This document shows positions 46,353 to 54,019 of a DNA stretch of 54,019 nucleotides, in pieces; the stretch's first letter is position 1; each line of letters opens with the position of its first letter. Both the position numbers and the translations under genes were made by a program. The stretch lies in the IMG/VR virus record IMGVR_UViG_3300046804_002652, positions 1 to 54,019 of that record; one strand, given 5' to 3'. The DNA comes from a virus (taxonomy: Duplodnaviria; Caudoviricetes). The notes under the pieces are model-generated. The model made no database searches. It saw nothing but the letters and a program-made list of their open reading frames with translations, and had not been told where the DNA came from.

Positions 46353-48116
46353 TTAGAATTGCAATATCAACTTTAATGTTTCTGATTGTTGATTATATCT
46401 TTTAACTGGCTTCACATTTTCAATGTACATCACTTGACCCGAATTGGGCACCAAATCACCAGCGACTACGTCTGTTACTTTAGATGTGGAAGAGGAGGTT
46501 GTGCCTGTAACTGTTTCAACCGTACCAACAACATCATCAGAAACGTTGATTACTCCTTTTTTACCGGTAATCCTCATCACTGTATTATTAGCAAAATACA
46601 TAATGCCATTTGCATGGCTGCCCTGCGTTACCAATTCATCTTCTTGAAATTGCCCTGCAGGATTATCGATAATTAATTTATATGTTTGATCTATGTAGGT
46701 CGTTGGTCCAGCGACACTATCAACTCGAGCCGTCACGCCGCCACTTGAATGTATTAGGTTATAAGAACTATTACCTGATCCAAAAAATTTCGATACGTTA
46801 GTGAGCTTGAGTGTAGTTTCGGTGACTCTTACTATTTCACCGCTAGCTCCACTATCCGCTTGGGTAACAATTTCCCCATCAGCAAATCCTGTCGTGCTAG
46901 AAGAATAAGTTATTACGACATTCGACAATAATGGATTGCGAATTAAACCAATATTTCTATAATCGTTTGCATCCAATAATTTGTTATTGTTATCTACATC
47001 ATCAGCATTGAAATTAGCACTTACACACATATGACGAGCGCCTAACTCAGCAGCTACGTCAGATCCATGGCCACCTGGAGGGCTGTACACAGGAGTCAGT
47101 ACTGCAGCGTTAGAAGTGCCGCCAGTGTTAGCTAGAATTGTAGTAGTAGCGTAAGTGAAAGAATTACCCTGGTTTGTAATCTCAATTTTATAAATGGAGT
47201 TACTGCTTGCAGCGTTAACTAACGCTCTGCCAACAAAACCATCTCCATCTCCAGTTACTACAACGGCAGGAGAAATTTCATACGTGGAATATACGTCAGG
47301 CAATATATCAAAAGGTTGCGTCAATATTACACTACGCAAACTTCCAGATACAACATACTCACTGATCAATCGTTGCTGTCCCGCTCCAACTCCGCTTGTA
47401 ATTTTGAATGCACAATTCTTGAAGAAGTCAGTATTTGCGGATTTATTTCCTTCAACTTGGAATACCGTCGCATCACCATTTACCGCACTAACTTGAATGA
47501 CGCCGCTGCCATATGAATTATAATGAGATCCTTGATATGGGATACTAATGTGGCTGATTGTCCCAGACACTGCGTTTGCAACAACGTTTGCATTTGGAAC
47601 TACGGGAATGAATCGAGGAGTAGAGAATTTCTTAAACACAGAATCTTCAATGGAGTACATATACTTCCACTTGTAACCATCGCTTGTGCTGTATTCCTCA
47701 TCTTGCGGAGAAGTTGAATAAACATCCGGAGGGACGCTCGATGGGCTTCCGTTGTTATTATCTAAACATTTAAAGATCGAGTGGTTTGTACCCTGCGACA
47801 CTAGCACATAAAACTGCTTGTCGTACAACTCAACATCATCATGTGAATAAACAGCATATACTGTATTTGCTGTCCAGTTGTATCTCGGTACCATTAACTT
47901 TGCATCATTCACACCAACTCGGCGGCCGGCAATCATAGATTGATAAGCGTCTGTGCTTATTTGTTGGACCGTATCGTAAGGCTGTGGAGGGGTGTTATCA
48001 TCTGCATACGGATCAGGACGGCCAATAAAAACGTAATACACGTCCTCACCGGACGTGATATTGTCTATAAATTGTTGTGCTGCTTGCCGACGAAGGTTGC
48101 GTGTTATTAAATTCAT
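46353..48116 (-). CDS. gp8: Baseplate wedge subunit, T4 gp8-like
   Basis: YYVFIGRP..DDNTPPQP, VPRYNW, FYV..FKCLDN, DGYKWKYMY, SPPGGHG, YRNIGLIRNP, SGQVMYIEN..Q.ETLKLILQF. Confidence 0.88.
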   Translation of the reverse strand: MNLITRNLRRQAAQQFIDNITSGEDVYYVFIGRPDPYADDNTPPQPYDTVQQISTDAYQSMIAGRRVGVNDAKLMVPRYNWTANTVYAVYSHDDVELYDKQFYVLVSQGTNHSIFKCLDNNNGSPSSVPPDVYSTSPQDEEYSTSDGYKWKYMYSIEDSVFKKFSTPRFIPVVPNANVVANAVSGTISHISIPYQGSHYNSYGSGVIQVSAVNGDATVFQVEGNKSANTDFFKNCAFKITSGVGAGQQRLISEYVVSGSLRSVILTQPFDILPDVYSTYEISPAVVVTGDGDGFVGRALVNAASSNSIYKIEITNQGNSFTYATTTILANTGGTSNAAVLTPVYSPPGGHGSDVAAELGARHMCVSANFNADDVDNNNKLLDANDYRNIGLIRNPLLSNVVITYSSSTTGFADGEIVTQADSGASGEIVRVTETTLKLTNVSKFFGSGNSSYNLIHSSGGVTARVDSVAGPTTYIDQTYKLIIDNPAGQFQEDELVTQGSHANGIMYFANNTVMRITGKKGVINVSDDVVGTVETVTGTTSSSTSKVTDVVAGDLVPNSGQVMYIENVKPVKRYNQQSETLKLILQF

Positions 48117-48117
48117 C

Positions 48118-51100
48118 TTAGTATGCTTGGATTTCTACAGAAACAATGGTTGCGTTAGCGCTTGAATTTGCACCCAACACAGTACTGTTATACAAAAACT
48201 GTCCCGAAACGTTAGCGACTCCAAATGTATTTAGGGCGCCAATACCTGAGTTGATCGCGAGTGTTGTAACTACGCTGGTTTGTTCAATTGCTGTGATGAC
48301 GGCGTTAGCGCCAGAAGTTGAGCCGTATATCGAGAATGGGCCATTCACACGAGACACAGTTGCTTGAACTCCGGATGTCATTCCTATGACGGGACCTGAA
48401 GACGGATTGAACGTGCCTGAGGTATTCCCCACACTAACGGTCGAGGTGTTACCGATATTAACATATCCTTGCGCTCCTGTGGAAGGCTGACGCAAGATTT
48501 CACCGTCTTGGAATCCGATGTCTGACAAATTGCCGATAGATAACACGACGGTGTTGGATCTTGTAAACAACGAAGATTTGCCACCGATTGCAAGTATGCT
48601 GGCATTTCCCGATATCGTGAATGCCATTTTACCTGAAACAAACTGTCCTCTTGGATCTATGACTTCAACAACGGTCGAATTGGACATACCAACAACCCCT
48701 ACGGCATTGTTTGGCGAAGAAGAATCGTCGCGCTGATATATCGTTTGACCTACTGCAATGGTGCCGGTAATATGTGATACAAGCAATTTAGTGGCTGGCT
48801 TCACAATCAAGTGAGTGCTGTTCGAGGAAGTGATATTTCCTACACCAACGTTGGCAGTTCCGTTCGATTGGTATACAACTTCTTGATATTGGAAGTTGAT
48901 TGGATCGCCGCTACCAACAGCATACGATGTTAAATTGTAAGCAAGCTGCGTACGATCGAACCTAGTTTGCACTTGGCCAACTGATGGGAACAATCCACTT
49001 ACATTGTCTACAGCTATGGTCGTTGTGTTGGCGTTGTAATCGTACGTCACACCAATAATATTTCCTGAGCTCGTGTTGCTGAAGAAAGTTGGATATGACA
49101 ATTGGTTTCCAATTACAGCTTCGGTATTGGCGCCATCCACACCAATGTAACATATGATGGAATCCAAAGTTCCATTTGCCGTCTTTGTCGTTCCATCAAA
49201 CTCAATTAGTTCTTCTCCTAAATTGAATTTAACGTTGTTTCCACCAGTTACAACGAGGGTTGATGAGCGGTCCAGTAAATCTTCTGATACGATGTCTTCG
49301 ACGGCTGTAACGCTACGTTCTACGCTACCAAACAATTTACGTCCAGCAATATGAACTGTATCTTTAATGATATCGGCATATCGATCAAGCGATAAGCTGC
49401 TACGAACTTCATATGAAAAATCTTGGTAGAAGTCGCTGTCTTGTATAACTTTATCTGAGCTTGCAAACCCGCCGTTATCTTCCCAATATCCCTCACCAGT
49501 TCCTTGTCTAATTAGTTTAGCAACCCCCGTCGCGACATATACGTTGTTGTCGCTTTTGAGAGTAACAATTTCGCTGTTCGTATATGCAAACCCTGAGTCT
49601 ATGACTTCCACTTTACCAATAGTACCTTGAGCAGATCGAGCAGGGGAATCTATGACTGCGTTCTTACCGTAAATGGGAGAATCAGGAATGTCCACAATAC
49701 TATTGATTGTTGCTTGTGCACCCGACGTTTCGCCAAAGATTTGATTGTTGTTTGCAAAAGATGTATTGAACCTTGTCCGGAATACGTTTATTGAGGCGCC
49801 ATCATTTGCAATTACTCTGCCTTTTGCTAACTGCGATACCGTGGTAGTTGTCTTGGATCCAACGTTGGCTGTTGAGGTAGACGTCAGTCCTTGGAAAGTG
49901 TTTGATGAGTTGAATGTGTTTGATATATCATCTACACGTATACGCAACACGCCCGTATGAGTAGAAGAATTGTACGTTGCTGTTAACAATTCTCCGTAAA
50001 CGGTATTTCCGTCTGCGCGTACTTGTTTGATAGTTTCGCGTTGACCTGCATTAAACGCGCCGCTCATATTTGTTGCATTTATTGTAACGACAGGATCATA
50101 TACTAGCTGAGTCAAGTTTTCGCCTATTGAAAAAGGCTTTGTGTTACCGCTTATATTCAGCTTATAATTACGCTTACCGAACCCTGCTGTCGCTGGATTA
50201 ATTACTCGCACAAAAGGTGATGCTGTGTTATTTGACCCTGGATCAATGTTCGTCAACGATGCAATTGTTCCCACCGTTTGCTGCAATTTTGTCAAGCACG
50301 TATCAATGATACTATTCAAATCTCCATTAGGATTCTTAACAAATCCGTATCCTGGATCGATTTGTGGATCCAAAACTGCGCTGGTACCTAATGTACCAGG
50401 GCCTGCGTGACTCAAAGTGATTGTTGGTTTAACATCATACCCTGAGCCTATATTTGTAACAGTAACGGAAGTTATTACTCCAGAGCTGTTTGTTCGAACA
50501 TAGGCATTTGCTATCGATGTAGGATTTCCTCCATTGAAGGTCACGATCGTACCTAACCATGGATCGGATATAATATCAGTATTCGTATAACCAGAACCTC
50601 CTGATATTACAGCAACATTGCCAACAAATCCAACATTAGAGGATATACCGTTACCCGACCATGTCGGTCCATCGCCGCTTATTGTCATTGCCAAGAACGC
50701 AACGTTGGCTGAATTATTAGATCCAATTATGTCGGTGTTAATATAAATCTGTTCTTCATCTGTAATGCTACCAACATCAAATCCTCCGATGCTACCGGTG
50801 CTTACTCCAAGAACATTGGCATGCGAATTGGATCCGACAGCATACACATACGCATGTGGCCCCGCTTTGAAAGCTTTAGATGCATCTACGTTAACCAAAC
50901 CGAGGTAATGGGTATTCGAGCCAACAACATATCCTGATGCTGAGCGATCTTCAACATCATTGGTAACAATCAATGCAGATATTGCAGATGGCAGCAATCC
51001 TGTTTGTAGGGTATCGATATTGGGGTCTGTAAACGACCCGTTCACGGTGGATTGTGAGGCTATATTAGCAGAACAACCGGAGCTAGCTCCTATCAGTCGC

Positions 51101-52473
51101 TCGCCTGTTGTATATTCTCCGAACGTAGCATCGATTAGCGCTACCGTACTATTAGCCTTCAGAACATATCCAGTTGTTTTTCTGAAATTAGTATTAGCTT
51201 TGATTTGGTATACAACTTCGCCAACATTGAACGACCCTGTTGTGTTGGCAAGTGATATGGAAGATAAGTTAATTGTTTTGACAGGTAGCTCATTTACCAA
51301 CACCCAGCCAGTAGTTGAAGATGTTAAATTTTTCTCTAGCACATACCCAGCAGAGACGATAAGATCTGGATTTTGGGCGGTATTGATTCCATACACGAAG
51401 TGGCCAGCGTCAAAGCTACCGCTTGCTGCTGTGAACGGCACATATGTTAATCTCTGCTCAACTTCCTCTTCTTCTCTGAACGCCGTTGTGTATGGTGTGT
51501 TACTTACAAAGTTGTCGATGGTCAACACTTTGTTGGAAATGACAACGTTGGAGCCTAGAATATAACCTGCTCCTCCGTCGAGAAGCTTATAGTCAATCTT
51601 ACCAGTCGCTGGAACAATTTGCAACACTCGAGCTTTTGCATGTCTTCCAGTAGCGTCCGATAAAACAGAGACTACATCTCCTATTTCAAAATCTTGACCT
51701 GGATTCTCAATAACGATTTCATTGAGAGAACCGATGATAGTAGGACTTCCTTCAATTAATCCATCATACGTTACGATCTCGCCTACTTTAAAATTGCCTT
51801 CAATGTTTGTAAGATATGCTACGTCGAACGTCTTTCCAGACATCGTTCTCTTGGCTACACGAGCAACAACAGCTGTCGCACCACTCGTTTGTCCTTTTAC
51901 AATGTTGCCTGGAAATACGTTATTTTTTGATGCTTGAGAGAGCTCAATGTAAACAGGCAGCATCCATTTGCCAGTAGACGGTCTGAATATATCAGAAGTA
52001 GGATAGTATACCTCAATATCTTCATTGAACAGCAATCTAAACAATAGCTCGACAGCGCGTTGTGATCCTTTAGATCTATACAGCTCGCTAGCCTTCTTAA
52101 TAAACGTGGCTTGGTCGATAGACTGCTGGTTACCTGTCGTGCTAACCGACGTGTTGGATGACGTGTTCGAAGATACCACGTTCGAAGATGTATTAGACGA
52201 GGTATTTGAAGACGTGCTTGTTGATGTGTTGGCTGAAGCTACCAACGGAAAATTAACGAGGTATTTTTGTTTAAAGTTAGCAATAAAAGAATCGACGGAC
52301 TTATCGACGTCGATCATATTCAATAGCTGGCGAGACGCTCCGACAGGATTATCTGGTTGCTCTAACCACTCATAATACGCTTTAACAAAAGCAACAAAAT
52401 TCTTTCCCTCTTCCCTATAAAAAGCAGGAAAGTGAGTCTCGACTAAATGGGATATTTTTTGAAGATCCGACAT
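48118..52473 (-). CDS. gp7: Baseplate wedge initiator, T4 gp7-like
   Basis: FP.FYREE...F..FVKAYYEWLE, LYRSKGS..A..LLFRLLF..YYP, IQDSDFYQDFSYEV..Y...K..VH.AG.KLFG; lies between gp6 and gp8. Confidence 0.82.
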   Translation of the reverse strand: MSDLQKISHLVETHFPAFYREEGKNFVAFVKAYYEWLEQPDNPVGASRQLLNMIDVDKSVDSFIANFKQKYLVNFPLVASANTSTSTSSNTSSNTSSNVVSSNTSSNTSVSTTGNQQSIDQATFIKKASELYRSKGSQRAVELLFRLLFNEDIEVYYPTSDIFRPSTGKWMLPVYIELSQASKNNVFPGNIVKGQTSGATAVVARVAKRTMSGKTFDVAYLTNIEGNFKVGEIVTYDGLIEGSPTIIGSLNEIVIENPGQDFEIGDVVSVLSDATGRHAKARVLQIVPATGKIDYKLLDGGAGYILGSNVVISNKVLTIDNFVSNTPYTTAFREEEEVEQRLTYVPFTAASGSFDAGHFVYGINTAQNPDLIVSAGYVLEKNLTSSTTGWVLVNELPVKTINLSSISLANTTGSFNVGEVVYQIKANTNFRKTTGYVLKANSTVALIDATFGEYTTGERLIGASSGCSANIASQSTVNGSFTDPNIDTLQTGLLPSAISALIVTNDVEDRSASGYVVGSNTHYLGLVNVDASKAFKAGPHAYVYAVGSNSHANVLGVSTGSIGGFDVGSITDEEQIYINTDIIGSNNSANVAFLAMTISGDGPTWSGNGISSNVGFVGNVAVISGGSGYTNTDIISDPWLGTIVTFNGGNPTSIANAYVRTNSSGVITSVTVTNIGSGYDVKPTITLSHAGPGTLGTSAVLDPQIDPGYGFVKNPNGDLNSIIDTCLTKLQQTVGTIASLTNIDPGSNNTASPFVRVINPATAGFGKRNYKLNISGNTKPFSIGENLTQLVYDPVVTINATNMSGAFNAGQRETIKQVRADGNTVYGELLTATYNSSTHTGVLRIRVDDISNTFNSSNTFQGLTSTSTANVGSKTTTTVSQLAKGRVIANDGASINVFRTRFNTSFANNNQIFGETSGAQATINSIVDIPDSPIYGKNAVIDSPARSAQGTIGKVEVIDSGFAYTNSEIVTLKSDNNVYVATGVAKLIRQGTGEGYWEDNGGFASSDKVIQDSDFYQDFSYEVRSSLSLDRYADIIKDTVHIAGRKLFGSVERSVTAVEDIVSEDLLDRSSTLVVTGGNNVKFNLGEELIEFDGTTKTANGTLDSIICYIGVDGANTEAVIGNQLSYPTFFSNTSSGNIIGVTYDYNANTTTIAVDNVSGLFPSVGQVQTRFDRTQLAYNLTSYAVGSGDPINFQYQEVVYQSNGTANVGVGNITSSNSTHLIVKPATKLLVSHITGTIAVGQTIYQRDDSSSPNNAVGVVGMSNSTVVEVIDPRGQFVSGKMAFTISGNASILAIGGKSSLFTRSNTVVLSIGNLSDIGFQDGEILRQPSTGAQGYVNIGNTSTVSVGNTSGTFNPSSGPVIGMTSGVQATVSRVNGPFSIYGSTSGANAVITAIEQTSVVTTLAINSGIGALNTFGVANVSGQFLYNSTVLGANSSANATIVSVEIQAY

Positions 52474-54019
52474 TATAGAATTCTTTCCCCTGTCACATTG
52501 ACGCCAATATCATTGCTCTGTATACTGATAATTTGATTACGGGACGCTTTAATATCACGCGCCAGCGATAGAGCGTACACAGATATACCATTACCCTCGT
52601 AGCTGGTAGGAGCAAAATTAGTTAATGTGACTACGCCAGTCTTATAATCTACCGTACCAGCGTTTGGCTTAACCACAAGGTGATTTGTGCCTGAAACCTG
52701 TACGATTCTAATATTACCATCCCCATCATCTTCAAAAGAGCACACGCCCCCTTCATAGACGAACGAAGAAGATCTAATTGTGTGTTCATCTTCGTAGATA
52801 TGAATACGATTAGAGTAAGGTAAGCGACGCATCTCATTATAGAAACGCAGCACGTAAGTGTTTTGTTGATTGATCGCTGGTACAAATTTTATCATTGGTT
52901 TGACATACAAGTCATTACTAATGATACTACCATCACTCAAGTCAATTTGTTTAACGAGGTTACTGAAATACAGTGTCTTTTCAAAATCATTAAGATTTGT
53001 TTGGCTGTATTGAAGAATGTTTCTACGGACAGCTGTTTCAATGTCCAAAGCAGACTTGGTTGTGCTTCCAGTATTGTACTTAATATCAACGTCCACATCA
53101 ACATACAATTGTACCGGCTCTACGAATACAGGATCGCTAGAAAGCGAAGTTCTATTCTTCAAATAGTTTGTGTACTCGAGTTTCTTATAATCTGGTACCT
53201 GCTGAGATCCAGCGACAGCAAGCGCAATTACGACAGTACTATATTGAGGAGGATCAGCATCCTCACCGCCATATACGTTAATTGCTGTGATTTCAGGATA
53301 AGTTGCTTGCAATAACACTCTATAGTCGTTAGCTGTAACAGCACGTTCTTGTGTCTGATAGAAACGTGGTGCGTTAAATTTGATCGACTCTACCGATTCA
53401 TGTACAGCACCATCTGCAGCAGAGATAGCTGTAACGACTTTCACGTTTGCGTGCCCGTCAATTGATCCTGTAGGAACGAACACTGATGCACCGTTTGGAT
53501 CGCTTCCATTTGACAATCTATAACGCGTAAAGATAAGAGATCCGTCTGATGGAGGACGGCCGGAGATGCCGTTACCGAACATTAACTCATATTTGTCGTT
53601 CTCAGCAGCCTGGATGAAACACATAGCGGTGTTAGAAGACACATCAAACAACGAACTGCGCACTTCATAAAAATATACGTTTGTGCCGGAGTTTTCGCTA
53701 ACAATTACATTTAAGCTGGTGGTGTCAATTGTTGGGTTGGATAAAATGTACCGCTGATAACCGTTAGCTGTATCAACGACAAATGTATCTTCAATGTAAT
53801 TTCCTTCGTACACAGGAATATTCTTTGCTACGAAAGAGGTTGTATTCGAAAGAATTGTAATGTCTTGGTCTGTGCTGAAAGTATATGTGTTAGAACCAAC
53901 ACGAGAGATGAATTCCGTACCGCTTGGAATGAAAACACTTTGTACGTTTGCTTCAGGGGTGATGGTTAAGTCTATCAACGCTTTTGCCGAGCGGTAGGAC
54001 CTCGGTAAGTAGTTAAGAG
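52473..54019 (-). CDS. gp6: Baseplate wedge subunit, T4 gp6-like (5' truncated by the window edge)
   Basis: The frame stays open to the window end (LNYLPRSYRSAKA...). Motifs YELMFGNGISG, ESVESIKFNAP..Y..Q.RAVTANDY, YGGEDADPPQY, GTVDYKTG. Confidence 0.92.
   Translation of the reverse strand, partial: LNYLPRSYRSAKALIDLTITPEANVQSVFIPSGTEFISRVGSNTYTFSTDQDITILSNTTSFVAKNIPVYEGNYIEDTFVVDTANGYQRYILSNPTIDTTSLNVIVSENSGTNVYFYEVRSSLFDVSSNTAMCFIQAAENDKYELMFGNGISGRPPSDGSLIFTRYRLSNGSDPNGASVFVPTGSIDGHANVKVVTAISAADGAVHESVESIKFNAPRFYQTQERAVTANDYRVLLQATYPEITAINVYGGEDADPPQYSTVVIALAVAGSQQVPDYKKLEYTNYLKNRTSLSSDPVFVEPVQLYVDVDVDIKYNTGSTTKSALDIETAVRRNILQYSQTNLNDFEKTLYFSNLVKQIDLSDGSIISNDLYVKPMIKFVPAINQQNTYVLRFYNEMRRLPYSNRIHIYEDEHTIRSSSFVYEGGVCSFEDDGDGNIRIVQVSGTNHLVVKPNAGTVDYKTGVVTLTNFAPTSYEGNGISVYALSLARDIKASRNQIISIQSNDIGVNVTGERIL

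Noticed and set aside
53976-53978. TTG start of the 501-aa gp6 ORF in the track
   Set aside because: The frame is open to the window edge and encodes the conserved LNYLPRS motif, so the true start is outside the window.

Overview
Gene-dense, almost entirely minus-strand virion morphogenesis region of a large T4-superfamily myovirus. The gene order is typical of non-enteric T4-like phages (cyanophage/alphaproteobacterial type); the host cannot be determined from this window. Read in the direction of transcription (right to left), it holds baseplate wedge gp6 (5'-truncated), gp7 and gp8, a 2251-aa VrlC/DUF4815-like structural protein, and small fibre or structural proteins. These are followed by a glycan-modification cluster (three GT-A glycosyltransferases, a SAM methyltransferase and a DSBH oxygenase-like protein) and a large array of modular fibre and adhesin genes. 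Three of those fibres are giant Lys-rich collagen-like proteins (1884, 2416 and 859 aa). The main finding is the 652-aa gene at 27153..29111, directly upstream of the collagen genes. It fuses a COLGALT-like GT25 galactosyltransferase, a PLOD/LH3-like glucosyltransferase and a PLOD-like lysyl hydroxylase, so the whole animal Lys -> Hyl -> Gal-Hyl -> Glc-Gal-Hyl collagen pathway appears to sit in one phage polypeptide next to X-Lys-Gly-rich candidate substrates. Recurrent terminal motifs also suggest a modular, possibly branched fibre system. T4-type late promoters (TATAAATA/NATAAATA) are present. No tRNA, rRNA, CRISPR array or mobile element was seen. All family assignments come from motif recognition by eye, not from database searches.
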